DNA from: an uncultured virus (IMG/VR IMGVR_UViG_3300042691_011955)
Lineage: Duplodnaviria; Heunggongvirae; Uroviricota; Caudoviricetes
Virus record (IMG/VR): IMGVR_UViG_3300042691_011955
Length of the DNA: 64,000 nucleotides
Strand: one strand, 5' to 3'
Part shown: one piece after another, positions 55,984 to 64,000 of the stretch
Layout: each line of letters begins with the position of its first letter
How positions within the stretch are numbered: the stretch's first letter is position 1
Notes under the pieces: generated by a model
What the model was told of the DNA's origin: nothing
Databases searched by the model: none
The model's input: only the letters and a program-made list of their open reading frames with translations
Made by a program: the position numbers and the translations under genes

Positions 55984-56638
55984 AACACACAAACTTTTTT
56001 GGAATAAATACTTCTACAAGTTGGTCATAAACAACCGACTTGCAGGAGCATTTAGGAATAAGAATCTAAGAATGGCCAAATCATTCTTAGATTCACTTGA
56101 CATAGAGTATAAGGCTGGTAGACCTTTGATGCTTACTAAAACACTACGTCAAGATGTAATAACAGAAAGTCATTATCGTGATGCAAAAAAGATACATAAG
56201 TATCTTAACAATGTTGATGACTATATGCTTAGAGTTGAAAGTTCTAATCTATGCATTTACAGCAACGATCGAAAATGGTTAACTAATCTAAAAGCAGATA
56301 TAAGCGCATATAACTTAGAAGAATTTTGGGAACCAAGTCCTGAAGCACTTAATATTCTTAATGCCAACACCATCATTGTAGAACAAGAAATACCATTCCA
56401 GTTCCGCGTTACCCTTGGTCGTAAGCGTGGAAATGAAAACTTTGCATTATGGGCTGAGAAAAATCCCAAGCAAATAAAACTGGGCCCCGTGCTTAAAGAA
56501 GTAATGATAGAAAATGGGTACGTTGACGGCATGTATTTTTATGCCCGAGACGATCGTACTCTCCAGCTATGTAACTTAATGCTGGACAATATTCGCAGAG
56601 TTGATCGTATAGTGTCAAAGCGTAATATTGATAAATAG
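55970..56638 (+). CDS. hypothetical protein
   Basis: 222-aa ORF. Confidence 0.65.
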   Translation: MKKCETHKLFWNKYFYKLVINNRLAGAFRNKNLRMAKSFLDSLDIEYKAGRPLMLTKTLRQDVITESHYRDAKKIHKYLNNVDDYMLRVESSNLCIYSNDRKWLTNLKADISAYNLEEFWEPSPEALNILNANTIIVEQEIPFQFRVTLGRKRGNENFALWAEKNPKQIKLGPVLKEVMIENGYVDGMYFYARDDRTLQLCNLMLDNIRRVDRIVSKRNIDK

Positions 56639-56642
56639 TTAC

Positions 56643-57050
56643 ATGAGCACAAATTCAGAAACCATTTTATCCCAACAAACACACATAGGCGACAGTTCGT
56701 TACAGTCGCTTATCAGCAATCCGTTCAAGGGCGACGGCTTTTATAGCCGATCAGACGGCTTGCACACTATCCAAGTATCTATAGCAGGATTTATTGGTAA
56801 GATATCTATTCAAGGTACTCTTGCAGTAAATCCTGTAGAATCAGATTGGTTCACTGTAGAACTAGGCACAGGTGCTATGAGTGTTGACACTACCGGACTA
56901 CTTACAGAACAAAATATTACATCTGTAGAATACACAAGTCCTACAACAAATTCAAAATCTTACAATTTTATTGGTAATTATGTTTGGGTACGTGCTCGAG
57001 TATTTGACTGGACCGATGGTACAATTAATACTATTAAATTAAATCATTAA
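56643..57050 (+). CDS. putative structural protein
   Basis: GATAAATA late motif upstream. Confidence 0.65.
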   Translation: MSTNSETILSQQTHIGDSSLQSLISNPFKGDGFYSRSDGLHTIQVSIAGFIGKISIQGTLAVNPVESDWFTVELGTGAMSVDTTGLLTEQNITSVEYTSPTTNSKSYNFIGNYVWVRARVFDWTDGTINTIKLNH

Positions 57051-57059
57051 GGGTAGAGC

Positions 57060-60000
57060 ATGGCTAAGAAAACTATTAATTTGGGCTCAGGAGAATTAAC
57101 AGGAGACGGCGAAAGTATACGCTCTGCTTTTTCAAAAGTAAATGAAAACTTTACTGAAATATATAATGGCGGGATTGGTGGAAATATCGATCTGTCAGCT
57201 GTTGCGCAAAATATTGTACCGTCAGTAGACAGCGACGGTACTACAGGATATACGCTAGGTAGTCCAGATTTTAAATGGAAAGAATTATTTGTTTCTAACG
57301 GTTCTATCTACATTGGTGATATTAAACTAACTAACGTTGGCGGTAAGTTTGTTGCTACAAAAGTCGTTAATCCTGGCACAGAAGAAGAAGAGGATGATCC
57401 AGAAGACAGCGATGCTACAAGTGACATTAGTGGCAATGCTAACACTGGAAACTTTACGTTCAACGCAGATACAATCGCAAACAATAACGACGCATCGATT
57501 GAAGTAGTTGGTGGTTCATTAGGAAACATCGAGGTAGCTACAGTAGATGAACTTGTGCCGCCAGGCGGCATTTGGAGATTGTTTATTGGTGATGAAGCAT
57601 ATCCTACTTTAGGTACAACTGTTCAGATAGGCGACACTGTAACCACATCCTGGGGAACTCCCATAACTGCCACTATTACAGATATCCAACAAGATAACGG
57701 CTATTGGCAAATCCACGTTGATCAAGATATTACTGCGGGACATGATTATTATGACACAGTTACATTTAGTACAGTAGTAACAACTAAGACTTGGACATTT
57801 GGCCAAGATGGTAGTTTACAGATTCCAGGTGGTATTACCGGCGACAACGACATCAACATCACTATTGACAATGACGACAGTAGTACATACACTTGGAACT
57901 TTGATCGGACTGGTGATCTAACTGCTCCTGGAGATATTACCACAGGCCTCGACGGTATTGGTGGTAGATTTATTCAAGACTGTGCTGACGGAGCTACTAG
58001 TATGCGTTGGATCAATGTCAATCAAGGCAGCAGTAACACACAACTTATCCGTGCTTACACAGGTGATCCTAAACTAAACACAGAAGTTGAACGAGCACAG
58101 ATCAAACTAAACTGGGATCAAACTGAAGACAAGAGTGGTTTGACTATTAGAACATTTGATCAATCCAATCCAAACAACGAAGTAGATCACGATTGGCTAT
58201 TTAAGGGCGACGGTGTACTACAACTACCTGTGGGTGGAGACATTGTAGACAGCACTGGTGCGTCAGTATTAGGCGGTGGGTCAAGCGGTGATGCCAACAT
58301 CTGGGTACAGACATTTGAATCTGAGGACGGTGCCCCAACAGACATTGTGTCAATAGCATCCAGCGTGGAATATGATAGTGCGGGCAATGTTATTGCCTTG
58401 TTCAGTCATTTTAACGACAATGACAACAGTCGTTACTATTCAGTGGGCAAGTATACCACCACAGGTACCAAGATATGGACAGCAAGATTTGAGGATGGTT
58501 TTCAAACAGACGGCTGGGGCTTGGCTGTGGACAATGACAGCAACTCAATATATGTGGCAGGTAAAACACTGGTATCAAACGAATCGGGATATGATGTATC
58601 CACACTGACCAAACTTGACGCCGCTGATGGCACCTTTGAGTGGAGCAAGGTCTATGACTTTGGCTTCGTCAGTGACAGTCCTGTAGTTGATGTGGCCTCA
58701 GACGGCAATCCAGTCATGGTGGGATATGCCAGCAACGGCACTGACAATTATATCACCACTACCAAAGTTGATCCGGCAGACGGCACAATAATATGGTCAA
58801 GAGCACTGGATGGACAAGGCAATGAAGAAGCCTTTGGTATGGCAGTGGGTCCTACAGGAGAAGTAGTGGCTGTTGGTTATATGACTCAGTTAGGTGTACT
58901 GTATGCGGCCGAGACATTGTCAGTTGATCCAGCGAGCAATCCACTATGGACTGTAGGCGGTTCAATAAATTTTGTGAATGGCATCACAGCAAATTACTCT
59001 TTCACTGACGGTGTTCCCACATTTACCAATGTGGTTGATACTACGGGTGGCAGATCAGTGGACGATGTAATTGTCACTGTGTTGGGTGAGGACCTTGGCG
59101 GCGTTACTGGTGTAGATGATATGATCGTCAAAGTGGCCACCTTGGCTGCTAACGACACTGACGACCGTATGCTTGTGGTCAAGTACAACAGTTCAGGAGT
59201 AATACAGTGGCAAAAAGCCATACAGTTTGATGCGGGCTTTGACTGCCGTGGAGCAGATGCTGACATTGACAGCGACGGTAACATCTATGTTACTGGCAGT
59301 TATCAATATAGTTTTGAAAGCGGAACAACCAGTGCTCTCAGCATACTGAAACTGGACAGCGCGGGTGTGAAACAGTGGAGTAGACGAGTAACAGGCAACT
59401 GTGAAACATTTGGCGTCAGTGTGGTGGTTGGCGCTGATGATAAACTGTACTTGTCAGCTATGACTGGCAACAACAATGATGTGAACAACGCTTTTACCTG
59501 GGTCGCAGCCAAATATGGCATTAATGGCACCGTGGAATGGCAAAGACTCATAGACAATACCACAGGTTGGTCATTTACTGGCGACATCTTTTCAGGCGAG
59601 GGCGGCGGCAGTAACATAGCAGTCAAACAGGACTATGTGGTACTTGCGGGCGGGTTTGGTCTTCTAATAGAAGAGCCTCCTCGGGCCACAGTGGTTCAGG
59701 TCGCGGCCACTGGAGATGTGTTCTCTGTAGGCGACTGGGCGTTCACAGCGGCTTCATTCAGCGGTGTACTCAACAGTTCAGCCAGTGACATCACAGTGGT
59801 TGACGCACAAAAATTTGACGCAGACAACGGTGAAGGCGAAGTCACAGTCACAACAGCAGAATTAACAACAGAGGTCAGCGGTTTCTTGATAGGCACGCTG
59901 TACACAGTGGGTGGTGACAACAGTTTAATCAACGGTGCCTACACAGTTACTTTGGAAAATACTGGCACTTTAACATTGCCAGCAGGTGGTACTATCACTG

Positions 60001-61598
60001 AAGGCTATGTTACCAGCAATCCCACAATCCAACTTACTCCAGCAAGCCCGGATGTGGCCAGCCAGAAGTTGGTGATCAAGGGCGGTGCTCTCTATAATTT
60101 TACCGACAACGGTATAAGCATAAATTACAGTAATAACACCGCCCTAGTTGGTGATACTCTTACTTTCTATATATCTTCAAACACCTACGCTGATCAAACG
60201 CTCTACTGGTGGATCTACCCAGAGGATGCTAACATATCAGATCCAGGATCAGGCACAGTGGCTGTTAATGAGTTTGGCAATGGCGATTTTAGTTTTACAC
60301 TAGACAGTGATGACAATGAGTTTACTATTCGTGTGTCACCTGAAGAGGACAACTACGGTCCGGGAGTTATAGGTGTTCAATCAGGATTGATTAACCCTGA
60401 CGCACCTACATTTGATTTTGAGCATCACCTACACTTGACCACAGGCGACTTGGCTGAAACCAGCATCTTCCTGGGCACTGATGATCACAATGTGCGAACA
60501 ACTGTTAACGGTGACATACAAATTACCACTCCTAACACGGGCAACAATGTTTGGACCTTTGACAATGAAGGCGGGTTAACATTACCGGCAGGTGGCGACA
60601 TTCTTGATAGTAATGGCACAAGCGTGTTGGGCGGAGCAAATACTGGCGATATTACTTTTAGCGGTAGAACTATAGGAGCATCAACTGGTACTGGTTCCGA
60701 TGCTATCACTATTGATGACGATTTAACAATAACCGGAAATGATTTAAACTTAGATGCAACTACAGGGTCTCCTAGAATATATTTCTATGAAGGCGGACAA
60801 AGTGGCGGCCCAGTTTTAACTATTCAAACTTATGATGTTGTATCCGGAGAGACGGGAGCAATGGTTTGGGCAGACAACAGAGGTTCTGGAGTTAGGAATT
60901 TATTATTAGGAACAGATGGCGGGGCTGTAAAAATTAGAAGTACTGGAGATAACGCTTCTACACACGATTGGACATTTGGCCAAGATGGTAAAACAACATT
61001 GCCAGGTGCTGTAGTTAACAGCACAGTGGCCAAGACTGGGATTGCCTATAACACTGGAACAGCAACTTCTCTATCAGATAGTGGATATATAGGTGCTATT
61101 GTAGATGGCAACTACGGACCATTTACTCGAGGACCGGTCACATTTACAGTAGTGGTCACTGGTGGCGCGGCCGCATATACTGTTACTAACACAACTGGTA
61201 ATACCGCAGTGAATGACGTTATTGGAACATTAGATACCGGTGATCTAGGCGGAACTTTAGGAAGCACCGCAAATATATCAGTTGCGGATGTTATTCAAGC
61301 AGTTACAGCACTGGATCTAACTAAAACTGTCAACAAACTAACAGACGGTATATATTCTTTAGCAGACGGTGTTGAAGGACAGATCATGTACTTGGTACCA
61401 CAGAACGGAGCAACACCCGCAAACGTAAGTGTTACTGTAGCTACTTACAGAATAGGTGGTGGTACAGGAACTAACGGACTGCTATTACCATTTAGAATAT
61501 TCAATGATGCCATCGCTTCATATGTTGATAGTAGTGCTTTCTGTACACTGATATTCACAGACGGTGCTTGGCAACAAACGGGCGGAGCGTGGGATTAA
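57060..61598 (+). CDS. large modular tail fibre/receptor-binding protein with beta-propeller-like repeats
   Basis: GESIRSAFSKVNENF N-terminal motif; repeated K.D..G...W blades; W.F..DG.L..P junction repeats. Confidence 0.75.
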   Translation: MAKKTINLGSGELTGDGESIRSAFSKVNENFTEIYNGGIGGNIDLSAVAQNIVPSVDSDGTTGYTLGSPDFKWKELFVSNGSIYIGDIKLTNVGGKFVATKVVNPGTEEEEDDPEDSDATSDISGNANTGNFTFNADTIANNNDASIEVVGGSLGNIEVATVDELVPPGGIWRLFIGDEAYPTLGTTVQIGDTVTTSWGTPITATITDIQQDNGYWQIHVDQDITAGHDYYDTVTFSTVVTTKTWTFGQDGSLQIPGGITGDNDINITIDNDDSSTYTWNFDRTGDLTAPGDITTGLDGIGGRFIQDCADGATSMRWINVNQGSSNTQLIRAYTGDPKLNTEVERAQIKLNWDQTEDKSGLTIRTFDQSNPNNEVDHDWLFKGDGVLQLPVGGDIVDSTGASVLGGGSSGDANIWVQTFESEDGAPTDIVSIASSVEYDSAGNVIALFSHFNDNDNSRYYSVGKYTTTGTKIWTARFEDGFQTDGWGLAVDNDSNSIYVAGKTLVSNESGYDVSTLTKLDAADGTFEWSKVYDFGFVSDSPVVDVASDGNPVMVGYASNGTDNYITTTKVDPADGTIIWSRALDGQGNEEAFGMAVGPTGEVVAVGYMTQLGVLYAAETLSVDPASNPLWTVGGSINFVNGITANYSFTDGVPTFTNVVDTTGGRSVDDVIVTVLGEDLGGVTGVDDMIVKVATLAANDTDDRMLVVKYNSSGVIQWQKAIQFDAGFDCRGADADIDSDGNIYVTGSYQYSFESGTTSALSILKLDSAGVKQWSRRVTGNCETFGVSVVVGADDKLYLSAMTGNNNDVNNAFTWVAAKYGINGTVEWQRLIDNTTGWSFTGDIFSGEGGGSNIAVKQDYVVLAGGFGLLIEEPPRATVVQVAATGDVFSVGDWAFTAASFSGVLNSSASDITVVDAQKFDADNGEGEVTVTTAELTTEVSGFLIGTLYTVGGDNSLINGAYTVTLENTGTLTLPAGGTITEGYVTSNPTIQLTPASPDVASQKLVIKGGALYNFTDNGISINYSNNTALVGDTLTFYISSNTYADQTLYWWIYPEDANISDPGSGTVAVNEFGNGDFSFTLDSDDNEFTIRVSPEEDNYGPGVIGVQSGLINPDAPTFDFEHHLHLTTGDLAETSIFLGTDDHNVRTTVNGDIQITTPNTGNNVWTFDNEGGLTLPAGGDILDSNGTSVLGGANTGDITFSGRTIGASTGTGSDAITIDDDLTITGNDLNLDATTGSPRIYFYEGGQSGGPVLTIQTYDVVSGETGAMVWADNRGSGVRNLLLGTDGGAVKIRSTGDNASTHDWTFGQDGKTTLPGAVVNSTVAKTGIAYNTGTATSLSDSGYIGAIVDGNYGPFTRGPVTFTVVVTGGAAAYTVTNTTGNTAVNDVIGTLDTGDLGGTLGSTANISVADVIQAVTALDLTKTVNKLTDGIYSLADGVEGQIMYLVPQNGATPANVSVTVATYRIGGGTGTNGLLLPFRIFNDAIASYVDSSAFCTLIFTDGAWQQTGGAWD
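57791..60990 (+). repeat. exact 23-bp in-frame direct repeat (57791-57813 and 60968-60990)
   Basis: TTGGACATTTGGCCAAGATGGTA occurs twice, 3177 bp apart. Confidence 0.85.
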
Positions 61599-61699
61599 AG
61601 AACGGTAAATAGTACTAAAGAGATAATCTATGCTAGTCTACACTAAGAACTTGAGATTAAGTAAAAAAGTAAATACATGATAAATTTAAGGTTTGATAT

Positions 61700-62266
61700 A
61701 TGGAACATTTTGTAAGAGTAATATTTGAAAAGAGCGATAGTCTAACTGAAAGTTTAGACGAATCTGTCTTTCCAGGTAACGAACTATTTGAAACTGCGCA
61801 GGGCGCACATGTGTTTCAAATACCTCTACCAAGAGCACTTACAGAACAAGAATCAGACGAATATGCACAACGCCTAAGCAACTACATGTTTGAGCAAGGA
61901 TTTGACGATTTTGATATTGAAATAAGCTCAGATATAGATGAGAACATTATTGAAGAAACCTACGAAGGTGACGACTTCTTTATAGAGTACGGTGTAATGT
62001 GGTTCAACGAAGATCAGCTAGACGAAGCAGAATATCAAGGTCGTAAAGTTTCGTTGGGCAAGCCCATGCAGGGCGATGTTAAAAAGTTTAAGGTATATGT
62101 TAAAGATCCAGGCACAGGTAACATTAAAAAAGTTAACTTTGGTGATCCTAACATGACCATTAAGAAATCTAATCCAGCTAGACGTAGAAGCTTTAGAGCA
62201 AGACATAATTGTGATAATCCAGGACCGCGTACTAAGGCACGCTATTGGTCTTGCAGAAAATGGTAA
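61700..62266 (+). CDS. hypothetical protein
   Basis: Acidic N-terminus; basic C-terminal KVNFGD...SFRARH.C...ARYWSC. Confidence 0.7.
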   Translation: MEHFVRVIFEKSDSLTESLDESVFPGNELFETAQGAHVFQIPLPRALTEQESDEYAQRLSNYMFEQGFDDFDIEISSDIDENIIEETYEGDDFFIEYGVMWFNEDQLDEAEYQGRKVSLGKPMQGDVKKFKVYVKDPGTGNIKKVNFGDPNMTIKKSNPARRRSFRARHNCDNPGPRTKARYWSCRKW

Positions 62267-62270
62267 TAAT

Positions 62271-62606
62271 ATGAGAATAGTTGAATTTACACACCCAGAT
62301 AATAAAGAACTACCTTTTGATGTAGTTGAAGACGCAATAGTATTCATGCGTAACGATCCCATGTTCTATCGCAAACAATACTATCCTACTGTAACTAAAC
62401 TTGCAGACATGAGTCGCGCAGGTAAATCTTGCAACAAAATGGAAATGTTTTCTTCTATGGTTGAAGAAGGTATTACTCAATACTGCCGAAAATTTAAGCT
62501 AGCCGATCAAGCTGATGAAATTTTTAACAATGACGATCGCTCTGCTATTATAGATAAACTATTTTCCGAAGAAATGGATCTTATTAAAAAGGGCGATTAC
62601 AAATGA
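62271..62606 (+). CDS. hypothetical protein
   Basis: ORF in late operon. Confidence 0.65.
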   Translation: MRIVEFTHPDNKELPFDVVEDAIVFMRNDPMFYRKQYYPTVTKLADMSRAGKSCNKMEMFSSMVEEGITQYCRKFKLADQADEIFNNDDRSAIIDKLFSEEMDLIKKGDYK

Positions 62607-63490
62607 AAGTCTATCAAATTGTTGAAGCTAAAAGTGCAGCCGTAATAGCATTTGGTAGGATGAATCCCCCTACTATAGGGCACAAAAAACTAGTTGACAA
62701 AATTAAAAGTTTACCCGGTGACCCTTATATCTTTTTAAGTCAATCGCAGAAACCTAAGACTGACCCACTAGACTTTCAAACAAAATTGCGCTACGCAAAG
62801 TTTTTCTTTCCAGAGCTAACCATTGGTAATCCAGAAGTAAAAACAATCATTCAAGCATTACAAAAGATTAATCAACTTGGGTATACTGAGCTAATTTATG
62901 TAGCAGGATCTGATCGTGTAGAATCATTTCAAGAACTAATTAACAAATACAACGGTGTTGAATACAATTTTAACAACATACAAGTAGTTAGTGCAGGCGA
63001 GCGTGATCCAGATGCAGATGGTGCTGAAGGTATGAGTGCAAGTAAAATGCGAGCTGCTGCGGCCAGCGGTGACTTTGATGCATTTGCACAAGGTGTGCCT
63101 AATCAAGAACTAGCACATGAAATGTTTGCGGCTGTACGCAAGGGTATGGGAATCAAAGACAAAGAAGCTGTGCCTGCAGAAAGTATGGAAGAACAAACAG
63201 TTGATCCTAACAAACTAATGGCATCTATGTTAATGGGTGGTGAATATAAAGAATTTGATTTAACACCAACTATGGAAAAAAATAATTGGGTTGGAACACC
63301 AAGACAAGTTATCGAGCAAGCTGATAAATGGTTGTCAGATTTTTTAAGACAACGTGGCGCCATGTATTCTAATTTAAAATTAAGATACAAGGGCACGACT
63401 ATGAACTCTAGTAAAACAGGTGATGTTGATGCAAGCGACCCAGAGTTAGACGATATGCTTAATCAAGCAAGACAACGATTAAAAAAATAA
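62603..63490 (+). CDS. cytidyltransferase-like nucleotidyltransferase
   Basis: FGRMNPPTIGH, GSDR, MSASKMR. Confidence 0.88.
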   Translation: MKVYQIVEAKSAAVIAFGRMNPPTIGHKKLVDKIKSLPGDPYIFLSQSQKPKTDPLDFQTKLRYAKFFFPELTIGNPEVKTIIQALQKINQLGYTELIYVAGSDRVESFQELINKYNGVEYNFNNIQVVSAGERDPDADGAEGMSASKMRAAAASGDFDAFAQGVPNQELAHEMFAAVRKGMGIKDKEAVPAESMEEQTVDPNKLMASMLMGGEYKEFDLTPTMEKNNWVGTPRQVIEQADKWLSDFLRQRGAMYSNLKLRYKGTTMNSSKTGDVDASDPELDDMLNQARQRLKK

Positions 63491-63717
63491 TGGACGAAAT
63501 CCAACAGCTCAAACGCCTAGCGGGTATCAACGAATTTAAAGGATACACTGCATACGAAGGCTCAAACATTTCAGTTACAGGTACTGAAAAGAAACGGATT
63601 GAGCGTGAACGTAATATACAACCTGGTACAGAAGAATGGTTTCAACTTTGGTTTACTATTCCTGGGCTTACTGGCCCCTTGAGTCAACAGCCAGGATTTA
63701 GAGGACGCAAGCGATGA
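63490..63717 (+). CDS. hypothetical protein
   Basis: Coupled ORF. Confidence 0.6.
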   Translation: MDEIQQLKRLAGINEFKGYTAYEGSNISVTGTEKKRIERERNIQPGTEEWFQLWFTIPGLTGPLSQQPGFRGRKR

Positions 63718-64000
63718 AGTTACGAGAAATTTTTGAAAACGGAGGTCGCATTGTAAAGGGCGTCAATACAACAGTTGATGTTGGTCCTGATGAAATTAAA
63801 ATACAAGCTGCAAAGTTTGGCAATACAGTAGACAAAGATGGTTACCCACCTACACACAAAAGACGTGTTAAAGGTTCTTCAACTAATGTTTTATCTAATC
63901 TAGGTGAAGGCAAAAATAAAGTAAGTATGGAAGATCGACATCCAAATGATCGTCCATATGGTCCAGAAACTAAACCAACTATGCCAGCTGGCACTGTTAA
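63714..64000 (+). CDS. hypothetical protein (runs off the window)
   Basis: ATGA coupling; open to window end. Confidence 0.55.
   Translation, partial: MKLREIFENGGRIVKGVNTTVDVGPDEIKIQAAKFGNTVDKDGYPPTHKRRVKGSSTNVLSNLGEGKNKVSMEDRHPNDRPYGPETKPTMPAGTV

Noticed and set aside
24109..61598. Diversity-generating retroelement acting on tail fibres
   Set aside because: No reverse transcriptase and no TR/VR pair noticed in this window
1..64000. Stop-codon reassignment or suppressor tRNAs
   Set aside because: Genes are intact in the standard code; no CTA, TTA or TCA anticodons (TAG and TGA anticodons here are Leu and Ser)

Overview
Segment of a large AT-rich lytic dsDNA phage genome (T4-like/jumbo type, standard genetic code, almost all genes on the + strand). 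2.3-10.1 kb is a dense RNA region. It holds 26 recognisable tRNA genes covering all 20 amino acids in two clusters of 13, a ~890-nt GOLLD-like RNA with an embedded tRNA-like domain, several stem-enclosed structured ncRNAs, an RNAP omega homologue and a BI-1/YccA gene. The main finding is that each tRNA cluster is preceded by a promoter, a short leader ORF and mutually exclusive antiterminator/terminator hairpins. The codons of each leader match the amino acids, and largely the isoacceptors, of the tRNAs in its own cluster. This suggests translation-coupled attenuators that sense shortage of the tRNAs they control. The rest of the window encodes ClpP/ClpA/DnaJ/GroES/Def, phosphatase/kinase/HD-hydrolase genes, DNA ligase, QueD, UvsE, a split DnaE fragment, clamp loader, ThyX, dCMP deaminase, PhoH, a lysis cassette, a fatty-acid desaturase and large tail/baseplate proteins. 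All calls come from manual reading; no database searches or folding programs were run.
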